The translations under genes were made by a program, and so were the position numbers. Below are positions 10,275 to 22,466 of a DNA stretch of 42,231 bases, one piece after another. The notes beneath the pieces were generated by a model, which worked only from the letters and a program-made list of their open reading frames with translations, had not been told where the DNA came from and made no database searches. Numbering within the stretch: position 1 is the stretch's first letter; each line of letters opens with the position of its first letter. Source of the DNA: Ionaspis alba (taxonomy: Eukaryota); the NCBI GenBank assembly GCA_964255285.1, contig CAXUUL010000057.1, forward strand, positions 1 to 42,231, read 5' to 3'.

Positions 10275-13200
10275 ATGGCTTTTGTATCCATCTCCGGAAC
10301 TGAAGAGGCTAAAGTGGAGTTTGTGATTCTGAGTGCTTTGCTTTCGACCACGGCTGAAAACATTGCAGCGTTGTCGGCGTTCCAGCGATCTTTGGAGATC
10401 CTGAAATGACATGGACATCCGTAGAGCCCGACTCTACCCACCAGTGGCTAGGCCCCGAACTACTTAAGTCTATTCCGGAAGCAAGAGTGCTTCTCTACGA
10501 CCATCTCACTCCGGAAGAAAGAGGTGTGGCAGACCATGACTCTGAAGATGACAGGCCGGAAACCTCGAATCAGGCGTGTGAGGGTGTGAAGTCGAGAGTA
10601 GCCAAGTATGGTATTGCTGACTGGAGCAAACGGCTGCTCGAGACCCTCGAGCCAATGCGAGATACTCAAGCTGTATTCTCACATTTCCCTTCATACCGAC
10701 CAAAATTAATCGCTCACAGCTCCGAAAACGACAAATTATCTTCATTTCACATAGCACTGGTGGCATCATCGTGAAAGAGGTGAGCTTTCACTTCCAAGTA
10801 TCACTAAGGCTCCCTCGAATACACATCTTGCCAGGCATTTTGCAGCCCAGGGGGATCAGGTTTAGTTGCTACTTGCATAGGTTTTGCCTTTTTTGGTCAG
10901 TTGTGCTTGCTATACTCATTGACATGGGCTGAGTCTTGTGGTTAGCTACACCTCACCATGGTTCCGACGGTCTTTCTCGATCCGGGTTTGCCGAATCCGT
11001 GAAGGACGCACTGCCATTGAGATTTGAGATGTCTGAAACGTTGAGGGATCAATTCCGTCCCAAGAATAGCCAACTTGAAGTTCTAAATCAATTGTTTATT
11101 GTCAAGTCAACTGGTGTTCGGACGTGGAGTTTCGTTGAGGTAACAAAATCGAAAATCGTTCGTCCCTCTGGCGATATTCCGGATGCAAACCGGGTGGTCT
11201 GCACACCAGATTATTTGGCTATATTGGGCGATGAATATTTCTCCTGTGAGGACGAACATGCCTCTGCGCTGCCAATCGATTGTGCTGGAATAGCTCAATT
11301 CAGGCATGCAACTAAGGATCCGGTGATTTTCCTCTCTGATCTCGGAAGGGTCGTTAGACTCCACGTCTCCAATCCTCCTCGGAGTTACAATCTGCACAAA
11401 GACATCATGACCAACACTTATATCGTGGTCAATCAATTCTGGCCGCCCATGAGATGTGTCCGAAACGAACTCACGTTAAAGGAATTCCTCGCGCCAAGTC
11501 CGGATATGCATTTGACTGGTGGAGTCCGCGATGTGTTCACGCAATCTTCTGATGATGCTTTCGATAACGAGTTTGCATGGATAGATGTGCCATACAATAT
11601 CCCTTTGTGGGTGCCCAAGGTCTTAACCGCACTTTCCCGGGAGAGAGGCATTCTGGACCTCTACCAAAGACTGCTCTCTAGTGCGTGATTTATTCTTCTT
11701 GTCCACATGTGCTCCGATTCTGATATGGGCTTGAACTAATCTTTTCCCGGTGGTGCTAGAAGATGTCTGGTGGTCGAAGCACAACCGTTCCGCTCATGAC
11801 GCCTTCCCCTTTGTCCGGACGGCGTCCCAATTACTTCCGTCTTTAGAATATGTGTCCGGTGATCAGTCTGAAAACGTAATCTCTGGTAACGAGCTTCAAT
11901 ACGCTCTCTACCTGCCGTACTTAGGATGGGATACCTTCAAGAATTTTCATTTCACGAACGAATCCTCCCGGACGCGAGAGCCATTGCCATCCATGCCTCA
12001 GGACTCGGCAGACCAGTCGATGGAAGACAAGCCGGCAGAAGCGAAATTGGCATGGATGTATCAGAATTTCAGATACCCAATTCAGTCCGTCGGCTTCATT
12101 AATCAGTAGTGAAGAAGGCAATGCTGATAGCTCATAGTCGTCGCCGTTCCATTGATCAATACGGCTACCCTGATCTGCGAGATACTGAAGCACTGGACGC
12201 AAATCAAGCCCTCTTCAAGCGAACCAAAGATTTCAAGTTATTGGTGGCGAACGACGACTGGGACTTCGATGTGGAGGAAGCCGAGTACTCAGACCTCGAG
12301 CCAAAGATTCTTATGGTTGGTCAGTCATCCTATTCGTTCCCAGCTCTAAAGCTTGCATTCACTTGTTCGCAACGAAGAACCATCAACTGACTGGACTGTA
12401 GACCAGCTGTGGCTGTTCGTGCTAGACCAAAAAACAATAGCCACCTTTACAGGCGGCGAAAAGGGAGCACCACACACATTTTCAAGTGATTCACGCAATA
12501 TGCTCAAGAACATTTATGCCAGCTCCGTTCTTGACTGCGCTGACTGTTTCGATCTTGCTGCACTGCTAGCATATCACATCATCACGACTTTTCTTGACAA
12601 CGCTCCCTGTAGGACCTTGTTGGTATTCCAGATATTTGACGATTACATCAACGAACTTGTAATGCGCATATCTCTTCTACTATGTATGCGTACTGATGTG
12701 GTTTGTAGAGCGACTACCAGGCTGCGCGTATGAAGGCTTTCTGCAGTGTCACATATCAAACTTCGCGGGAGATGAGAGTCTATGATTTCCTGCAATATGC
12801 AGACAACAGTGGCGATCTTGACGCTCTTATAGACCTGCAAGACATTCAGGATGAGCTTCTGATACTACAGAAGCTTATGGGAGAGCAGTGCCAATGTATG
12901 GAACAAATGCAGTCACAGTATCAGACAATCAATGACAAGCACGGGAAAGGAAAGTATGGTACTACCCTCATAAAGGAAGCACTGCGGAAGATATCGATGT
13001 ATAATGAGCAGTTTAGAATGATGTATGAGAGAGCGCGGGCTACTCAACAAGCCGTAAGGAGGATCGCCCCGTTCAGAACCCCAAAATGGAATTGGTCTCT
13101 TACTGATAATTCAGCAGTTCGAGAAGCTCATTGACATGAAGCAGAGACAAGGGAACAACTTCTCGTACCAGCAGACGCTAGTAGCAGCCAACCAATCGAG

Positions 13201-13558
13201 ATCCATTCTCATCTTCACATTCTTCAACATCATATTCCTTCCCTTGTCTTTCTTCTGTTCACTTTTTGGTATCAATGTTTCTGATTGGAGCGGTGTCGAC
13301 ACCAATCCCTCCCTGCACAGCTTCCTAGTCTACATGATCACGATCTCGGCAAGCCTCATCATAGTCACACTTCTGGTAGCATTCAGCAAGGATTCAAGGC
13401 GTGTCGCTCGGAGGGTTTGGTCCTTTGCAAAGACATCGCGATCTTTGTCTGACTTCCTACCCAGTCTGGCGCGGCTGTCGAGTGCACGGCGTAAGAGACA
13501 GCGTGGAGATATCGAAGACCAAGATGGTTCATCGACGATGTCGCGAAAGAACCGGTAG
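10275..13558 (+). CDS. Alpha/beta-hydrolase-like (SesB/DUF676-type) domain fused to a CorA/ZntB-like membrane domain, about 917 aa
   Basis: Ten phase-consistent exons: 10275-10318, 10369-10672, 10720-10779, 10835-10895, 10946-11680, 11760-12084, 12138-12319, 12402-12658, 12709-13053, 13118-13558. N-half: VDVVGVP..TWT, IPEARVLLYDH, IIFISHSTGGIIVKEA, FFATPHHGS. C-half: LYLPYLGWD, RRSIDQYGYP, LMVDQLW, DIQDEL, QSRSILIFTFFNIIFLPLSFFCSLFGIN and a second TM helix. Confidence 0.85.
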
Positions 13559-14804
13559 AGATTGACGGACGACTTAAGAGGACAAGACTGGAAGCACGTG
13601 CACGAGTCATGGGATGAGGTAGACGGACAAAACCATTCAGTAACACAATGGAACTGCAAATTCTCTTCTTACAATACTATATTTGAGCTCAAACGTTGAT
13701 GCACCACTGCAGACCTTGGTCATTTTACCTGCATCACTCCTCGTGGAGGGTGGTTGGATGGCTGTGACCTCGAGAGAGCTGAGCACGTGCCGTGCTCAAT
13801 GTTGGCGGATGCCTCCAACGGTCAGGACGAGAACTACTGTGTGGAGCGTAGAATTCTGATTTCACAAGCATGTTTCCTTTGACGACACATGAGACACACG
13901 ACCTTTGCCTCATCCCACGCCCAAGAGACGATTACTTGATCAAAGTATTACTTTGCTATCTTCTTATCTTTCCCCCAACAGATCAAGCCTATCACAGTAC
14001 AGGATGTTGAGCCCTAACGTCCACCGAACGTCCCCATTCCGACAGGCACGAGATGCACGACGTTTTTCTTACCAAATCGAATCATGGAAGCCAACGAGCG
14101 TCCAAGCAATCAGCTCGACCCATGCGCCACTACCCGCTCACCCCATCCTGCACAATGCCGGTTCCCTAACCGATTCTCTCGCCAGCACCCTGCCTTTTCT
14201 CGTGGTCAACAAAGCTACCGTGCGAGTCCAGATCTTCAGCACGAGCTTCAAAAAGGGTCACGTCTAATCTCTCCTTGCTTGGGTCTTTCTCTCCATCTCG
14301 GCAGGTTGCAGAGAAACATGACCTCCACCGTCATTGATCACCTTATCCTCCTTCAATCACTTGCTCGTACCACCGTTCCTGGGACCTTTATCTTCTCGGC
14401 CGTCGAGATCCACCATTGAGATAGCTGGAAGAGATCGCCAATGGTAAACGCCATGACACAACATGAGCTGTGACCTAGGTGGCCTATGCGCAAATTGTGC
14501 ATAATCAGCAAAAGTCGCAAAGATACCGGGCAAGGAATCTGCATGACATTGGCTCCCGAGAGATAGTGAAGGGGGAGAAATCGATCCCACGCAGACGCCG
14601 AACCAGTGCCTGACAGCCTCCCTTTCCCCATAGCCCTGACTATCAACAACGCGCCTCCCCCCAGCTTAGTGTTGTCAATCTGCCGTGCCGAGAACCATGA
14701 TGGCATCCGCAGCTGTTATGTCAAATATAGCGCCTTGTCCTATCTCTCCTGCACAACTTCACCAGCGTCGCTTTCACTTTGGGCCGAAGTCAAGTTTCAC
14801 ATCC

Positions 14805-16923
14805 ATGACTGGAGGCAGAGTGGCGTCGGCTCCCCGTGGAAGGCGGGAACGTCCGTGTGATGCCTGCCGCAAGCGCAAGAGCAAGTGTGTGGTCACCGAG
14901 GGACAGAAAAGATGTGCAGCATGTGCAGTTCACTCTCAGGAGTGTACGTATGTCGAGGAGCCTCAACCGAGGAAGAGGAGAATGGATAGCGATGGCAAGG
15001 AGTCTGAACTGTCTAAGCGAAGGTATGTCCATCTATCGACAATGTCATACTTGAGACAGGATGTTGATCAGCCTTCCAAAACAATAGATCGACGGTATCT
15101 TCGTCAACTGGCGCTACAGCTTCTTCTACAGACTTGAGGGTCGACACTGCCCCTTCGTTCGACACCGTTTCAACGTCGTCTTCCTCAACAGAAAAACATC
15201 GAAAACCATCACATTACTACAGCACTCATATTGGCCCTACCACCGAGATCGAACCAATTCTACTGGATCTATCTATAATGAATGGCAATACCTCTCCCGG
15301 GGACATGTACGAAAAGCATGATGGTCGAACGGCATTCTTGGTCGACCAATTGGAGGCGGAGAGGATTCGAGAATCAAAGTCGACAGCTTTGGAACAAGTG
15401 GAACAAGCCGTGCGCTCGCATGGCGCCGCCCTCCTACGAATTTACCTAAACACCACCCACAGCAATTTCCCCATGATTGAGGACGACTTCTTTTCCGATT
15501 ATTTCGAAGGCAACATTGCGAATTTGGACCCCACTTTACTTGCTGCCATATATGCACTGACACTTCCATGGTATGCCAGAGATGCTGTCGAGCCTGGTTC
15601 CATAATACCGGACGGTATCCGACTAGAAGATCTTGCTTTCAAACTCTTTGGTGACTCACTATCTAAACCAACCTTGTCGACTATACAAGCTGGAATATTG
15701 CTTATGCAAAGACCAAATGTCGACTCGAAGACTCTGAACACCCAGCTCGTGGCTGCAGCATATGAGCTGGGTCTCCACCTCGATTGTACCTCCTGGACTT
15801 CTCCAGCTGGAGATAAAGGGTTGCGCAAAAGACTGGCCTGGGCCTTGTATATGCAAGACAAATGGTGTGCTCTAATACATGGCCGACCGTCCGCGATTGT
15901 TCAGAGCAATTGGGCTGTTCGCAGTCTCAATGATGAAGACTTTGACAATAAGGTAATGAGCTCAGATGCAGATATCCCCGAAGAAGAACTCGAACGAGGT
16001 TGGGCACTATTCAAGCACATGGCTAGCCTTACCGAGATCCTCTCAACTCTACTAGACACTTTCTACACACTACAAGCGATGCAGGAGGTCGACGATGCTG
16101 GGCAAGGCGGAACGCGACTCATTCTCGAAAGGGCAAAGCCAGTCCAAATACGGCTCAAAGCATGGTTCGCCGGTTTACCAAGCAACCTCAAGATGGACAA
16201 CACTATGACGGGCAAGCCATCCTCCACAGGTAACGAACCACGACCACACTCATCCTCCTTCATTCTAACCCTCTTCCAGGCTACCTCCACCTTTCCTACT
16301 TCGCCACCGAAATTACCCTCCACCGCTGCATCATCCGCTCTCTCGAGCCCGAAAACGGCGACCAATACCTCACCCACATCTGCCGCGCCGCTGCCAAAAC
16401 CCGCCTCATCTCCGCGATGGACTTCGTCAATCGCCTTCGCGAAGAACACCTCAATGCTTTCTGGTACTTCCCTTCCAAAGTCAATTTCGCTCTCATCGGC
16501 ACCTTTGGCAGCCTCCTCCTCGCTACCGCTCCCTGCCAAGAAGAAGTCGATTTCTACCGCACCCGCCTTTCTGAGTATCGGTGGACTCTTAGTGCTAGCA
16601 GCAAAACAGCTGATTTCCTCACCTTCGCCGTCGACTCCTTGGACTCGTCGAATAGCTTATTGAAGAATCTACCAAGAAGGCCGTCGACGAATGAGTTCTC
16701 GGCACAATTTACAACAGCGATGCCCCGACAGAGGATATCTCCGCCCCAGGATGAGATGATGACGGAGGCGCCACCGATGCATTTGGGTCAGCTGCCGCAT
16801 ATGCAGGGAGGTGGGAGAGAGGCGAATGCTTCGGGGTTGGTGTCGCCGTCGACGTCGACGTCAAGTGGGTCGACGAGCTATGAGGCTTATGCTGAGGCGT
16901 TTCCTATTCAGCGGCAGAGGTGA
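14805..16923 (+). CDS. Zn(II)2Cys6 transcription factor with fungal-specific TF domain (DAL81/TamA-like family)
   Basis: CDACRKRKSKC..CAAC......C cluster. Introns 15023-15087 and 16230-16279. Motifs AYELGLHLDC, RKRLAWALYMQDKWCALIHGRP, GYLHLSYFATEITLHR. Confidence 0.92.
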
Positions 16924-17701
16924 CCATGCGGTGGAGCCGCGGGTCCTGGGTTCATTCCTCCTCGCCTCTCCCAGGATGCAGGAGGATCAGTATCATATGT
17001 GCATTGAGGACAAGGACCTGGGATAAGGTCGTCTTTACGAAATCTCTCCGGCGGCGAGGCTGCAAAGTCATTGCACCTGACTTTATCGATTGACGTATTT
17101 TCCGGTCAACTATCATGGAGACTGGCTTCTACTGCCCTCTTCGTGTCATTGTCAGACTCGATTGGAACTGTCTTTGGTGACAGGGCCGCATGTTGTTTCG
17201 AGATATCCACCTTAATGTCCATCATACAATATCCCATCTCCAAAATCTCATTCCTGCCTTGAATCTTTACGGTTACCGGAACCAGTCCTTGTTCTTCTCT
17301 CGTGGAACTCTTCCAAGATTGTATTCGGGCGGGCGAGGATACAAAAGAATCTCGCAGAAATTTAACCGCACAAGTTTCGGGCAATGCAGATCCCAGGGTT
17401 TATAATGTTTCAACAACGACCATGCCTATAGCGATACCCATTTTTCCTTTTTGACATTGGAGCTAGCAGCATGATATGATGATCTCGATTTGGGCAATAG
17501 GATCAGATGAGCTACTTGAGCGTGTTGGCATGAATCGACAGTGGACGATGTGATGCTTAGAATGATATAGATTGATGTTAGTGTAGAAAGTCACGATTTG
17601 ACGTGAATAGCGATGACCTCATTGGACGAACCCTAAATTGTTTGTGAGACCACGACTTGGCCGCTTTGTATATCCCTTCAATCATTCCACTAATATTTTA
17701 G

Positions 17702-19452
17702 ATGAAAGCTTCCTTTACCTGTTCCACCCTCTCGCTGCGACGTCTTGTATACACATGCAATAGACGCCCTTCCTACCCCATCTCCCTCTTATTCTACAGA
17801 GGTATGAAGCGGAAAGCCTTGGACTCGAACAACTCCGCCAAGCCTAAACGTGTGAAGGAGCCTCTACCAGATTACTGTGATGTTGAGATTCATAGAGATG
17901 AGCATGGCGAGATGGTGTGGCCGGCACCGGAGAAGGCGATGGAGAGAGCGAGGGATTTCTTAAGGGAATGGTATGTTCAATGAACATGCGATTTGATCTT
18001 GCTTGTGGAAAAATGTATGCTGGCATCGTTCTACATACTAAATATGCACACGTGAAAGTTCCTTCAATCATATATTTTGAGTCTGCTAGGATATATAACG
18101 CAAGTGTGGTATTTATACTGACTAGCATTTCTCAATAGTGCTGCTGCAAAGCAGAAGACGTTGATTGTGCCTGACAAAGATGCTGACGGCCTTGACGCTG
18201 GAGTCATTGTCTACAGGACTCTCACGACTCTAGGTCTTAAGCCTTGTTTGATTGATATCCATCTAGTTGGGAAGGGCACGAACATCCACGATGAACTGGA
18301 ACGGACAGCTATGAAGGCCAAGGAACCAAAGTATATCATCGTTGTAGATCAAGGCAGTCGACCTGCACCACCTGTCATTGACGATACAGAGGCAAAGGTT
18401 TTGATCATTGACCATCACCTTAGTGATGAGTTTCCGGAGCACGCTATCGTGAGTAACTTCTCCTAAAGACCCTATGCCTATGCGCATGCTCATTTTTTAT
18501 CAGATTGTCTCTGCTTGCCATTACCCGCCAGTGGCTACCTCTGCACTTCTGACCTATGAGATCTGCAAGCTTCTGCATCCTGATATTGTTTCATCATGTG
18601 CGTTTTTGTGCGCAATGGGTACACACGGTGACCTAGGGACGACTTTAAAATGGAAGCCGCCCTTCCCTGATATGGCAGAGACGTTCAAGCAGTATTCAAA
18701 GAAGGCAATAAATGATGCTGTTTCCCTCATAAATGCTCGTAAGCAAGCATCCTCCTCACCCCCCTTAATACTCGTACACGCTTTTGACACTAGTACAGCA
18801 AGACGGACGGCCAAATTTGACGTCATATCTGCATGGGAAGCACTTCTCGCAGCCAAAACTCCCAAGGACCTTCTCACCAATTCTCGTCTTCTTGAAGCCC
18901 GTGCCGAAATCAATGATGAGGTAGAGCGCCACACCCATGCAGCCCCGAAATTCAGTAAAGATGGCAAGATCGCCGTCCTGCGGATCAACAGTGGTGCCCA
19001 AGTCCATCCGGTCATCGCAACGAGATGGGTACCATATCTCCTACATATAGACCTTTTTCACGTGACTCAAGCTAAGTCCTTCACAGGCCGGCCACCTTCA
19101 GTCAAGAGCCCTCGAAATCGTCATGGTAGCCAACTATGGCTACTCTCCCGGTCTCGTCAACTTCTCCTGTCGTATCGCCCGCTGTGCCCGTTCTCGTGAT
19201 CCGCCGGTCGATATCATAGCCTCGCTCAAAGCGGTTGCGGACCTCGATACTTCGGATCTGAGGAAGAGAATGGGTGAGAGCTTTGCCAGAGGCCATAAGG
19301 AGGCTTCTGGAGGGATTGTACCTGTCAAGGACTTCGAAGAGTTGATGGCGTTGATGAAGGTGGGCGAGAAGCCGGATTCGGTGGAGAAGGTGGCGCCGAA
19401 GAAAGCTGCGGCGCAGAAGAATAATCTGATGAATTACTTTGGGAAACGGTGA
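17702..19452 (+). CDS. DHH family phosphoesterase (RecJ-like, DHH plus DHHA1-type domain), about 469 aa
   Basis: Exons 17702-17970, 18139-18448, 18504-18738, 18799-19028, 19087-19452. Motifs PDKDADG, VVDQG, IIDHH, GTHGD, NAPRR, RGHKEASGG. Second in-frame ATG at 17804. Confidence 0.9.
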
Positions 19453-20941
19453 GTGGTGAGGGAAGCTGTCTGAATCCGTCAGAAGTCCAAGATGCTAGGC
19501 CAGCTCTGCCACTCCCCTTTGTCTAATCTCAGAAGGCTGGTTTTTAGTCTTTTGGATCGCGGCTCGACGGCTGATTCGATACACTTTGGCTGTCATGCTT
19601 GATCGAAGCTGGTGCTTCGATCAATCGCCCTGCCGGAGGAAAGGTACCAGTTCCACTTGCTTTTCCGGCTCGGCTCAGTGATCATCACTCGAAGATCCAT
19701 CACTCGAGGAACTATCCTCATACCCTCCAGACGAAGTCAATGGTTTGGGTCCCATTATCACGGTCTCGGAATATCGCTAGTGCCTAATTTGACCGGGCAA
19801 AATACGCCACCTGGTATTCATGATCTACTCGGTGGATCTGTTCCTAGGCTTAATTTCCACCCTGTCTCAATCGACAACCACGCCCGAGACCATGATGGTG
19901 ACTGTCGATGGGGCCTTGTCGACTGTGACGGAATGTTTTCCGGACAGACGCTAGTACACGCCCGCTCTCTGCAATAGGACTTATGTCTCTGCTATTCTCC
20001 ATGTCTCATCTGCCGAGATGGCATCAGAGGCTTCCACGAGACTTCCCGCTACAGTCAAGCACCGGCGATCTGAACAAACGTATGGCCCTAGGGCCAGGGC
20101 AGACCCTACGATGGTAGTGGATGCGTAGATTTCTCCCCCTTTGGAGCTGGAGGCATCGCAGTCTCGTCTTCCCTTGGTTCTAGTCTGCGAACCACTGGTG
20201 CGGCTGTTGCAGCCGTAGGATGTGATCATTTCTCCTGGAATGGCATCCTCAACGTGAAATATCACATGACATTTCTCCTTTGAAAATCCTCCCTACGTGA
20301 ATAATCGCATGACCCGAAGGTATTTCCTTACAACTGATGAACGGGATTTTGGCTGGGCCTAGGGCTGTTGTGATGCAGTGTATAGCTACGCTGGCATATA
20401 GATACAAATAAGGAGCCGTCGTCCCAAACCTCTACAGTGTAATCAGCCAATCGATCAGCTTCTGCGGTGGTCAGCGCGCTGACAATTTCGGAGCAATGTA
20501 TCCAACGCAGCCACAATGAGATCCGCCCTTTCCGCGCCGACGTCTTTGTCGTGTGTGCCTTATGTTCTTATCTAGACGTTGTCTGGTCAAAGATGCAATA
20601 GGTGCGACGTTCAACTATTTCGTCTAGTACTTCAATGGGGTTGTTTGGATGGCCTGGTACTGCTTATGCAAGCTCGGCAATTAGAAGTGTTCGTTAATCA
20701 TTCAGATACCTAGAGTAAAAACATGGAGAACAATCCTCAAAACCCTGCATTTCCATCAAGCAGCCCAGAGCAAGCACAGAAATTCCAAGGTGTGCCTCTA
20801 AACTTGGTGCCGTGATCCCCTTCTATCAAATAACACACTGACTCCACATCAATCCCCGTCTCTCTATGACAATCCTTTGATCATAAAAGCGTCCTGACAA
20901 GGTCTGTCACACACCCTAATCCACCTCTATCTTCGGCTCGC

Positions 20942-21549
20942 TCACTCCTTCCAATCGTAAACCAACCTCGCCTGCTTCCAGTCCTTCCCCTTCCTAACCA
21001 CAACATGCCTTGCGTAATGCCTCCCTCCATCAACCTCCTTGAATCCCCAAATCTGCTCCGCAGTCCATCCATTTGTCTCGCTCTCCGCCCAAGCCTGTAT
21101 AACTATGCCACCATCCTCATCCAGCCATCCTTTGGTCAGGAAATCCTTGTCATCGCTATCCGGCATGTCCTTAATCGTCGTGAACCTCGATTTGCCCTTT
21201 ACGTCTCCAAAGAGAGAGTCGTTGTGACCTCTCTCCTGCCAATCTAGCGTGCGTTTTTCGGTCGTGCCCTTCAGGCCGCCCATTGAGAGGGTTTGTGAAA
21301 TGTCGATGTGCGTCTTGCCCTCTTCTTCGTACTCACTCGCGTCGAGGGTGATGGTCGAATTGGAGATGATGGTTCGTTTGAACCAGCTGACGCCTTGTAA
21401 AGCGAGGAGCGGGTCTGCGTCATCTGAGAGGGTCTTGTTCTGGAGAAAGGTCAATATTTGCTCTCTGTGGACAGATTGGCGGGATGCTTCAATACCATGA
21501 CCCATTTACCATTCAAATCCTTGATGGTCTTCTCCTTGGGCGCTGCCAT
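20942..21549 (-). CDS. Conserved fungal beta-barrel (lipocalin/FABP-like) protein, family often labelled 'LCCL domain-containing'
   Basis: Exons 21549-21496 and 21439-20942. MAAPKEKTIKDLNGKWVM|NKTLSDDADPLLALQGVSWFKR ... GTTEKRTLDW ... GWTAEQIWGF ... RHYARHVVV ... RLVYDW. Confidence 0.85.
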
Positions 21550-22113
21550 TTTCAAGGTCGTGGTGTGAAAATTGTTGGCCGCAGCAGTCTATGTGCAGCT
21601 TGTAAATCTGAGCTGAGAGAAGAGAGGCCGTTGATTAACGCAGCAGTAAATCTTTGTGACAAGGCTTAGTTTCTGCTTTCTCTAAATCAATATATTGAGC
21701 TATCGATGATCTTTAATGCTTTTTATTGTATTCAGAACGGCGGAGGAGTATTGGAGCATGACAGGACTGTTATGTGTTGGATGCATGAAGCTACGCCGCA
21801 AGAGCTCTTACATGTGAATTACCGAGTCAGTGAATCTGACGTGCGTGAAGCCTATCCAAGTCAATTTAGTTGTGTCTCGAGGACAAAGTAATTCTATGAG
21901 CACAAGTGACTCCAGATGTGCTAATCTGCCCATCAATATATGGACAATACGAGGACTAGTGACTGGGTCGATTTCTTCTACTCGGCTGAAAGACTGCTTC
22001 ATGCTATATTGACGAACAGAACTCCTAGGGATGTGATGAGATTACCGGCCATAGAAGTAAGGAAATCAATTCGTCCTTTGATTGTACAATCTTGAACATG
22101 CATGGAAAGAAAA

Positions 22114-22466
22114 TCAAAGTCCTTTGCTCAATCCTGCACCGACACCTTCTCCAATACCTCCCTTTCCAACAAGACCACCAGCGGTGTCGGCCACGCCGCC
22201 TTGAAGCTCGTTCACATTCTTGTCATCCGTGACCTTTTGGCCTTTGACAGCGCCTAGAAACTCATCAGTGGTTTCTAAACACTACCTTTGCAGACTGTCA
22301 CGAGCCTACCCTTCAGGCCGAACGAGGCTCTATTCTCGCCCATTGTATCCAAAAGAAGGTTTTGTAGCATCTTTTGATACTTGTCAAGATAGCCTGCCAC
22401 CCAAGCCGCGGCTACTATGACGGTAAGGGTAGCGTAGATAGTGGATATCAGGAGCTCCTTTCCCAT
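22114..22466 (-). CDS. Small hypothetical membrane-anchored protein, 98 aa
   Basis: Exons 22466-22310 and 22253-22114 total 297 nt in frame. N-terminal TM helix, MGENRASFGLK, and Gly-rich tail GGLVGKGGIGEGVGAGLSKGL. Confidence 0.75.

Noticed and set aside
1..19452. SAM-related enzyme, CorA-like gene and DHH phosphoesterase in one window, recalling the bacterial type III CRISPR CorA/NrN SAM-AMP module
   Set aside because: The genes are separated by unrelated loci, are eukaryotic and intron-containing, and no Cas10 or nucleotide cyclase is present. Most likely coincidence unless synteny shows otherwise.
19500..20900. Possible degraded gene between the DHH and beta-barrel genes (short ORFs, ATCACTCGA duplication near 19684-19707)
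   Set aside because: No recognisable protein motif or coherent exon chain.
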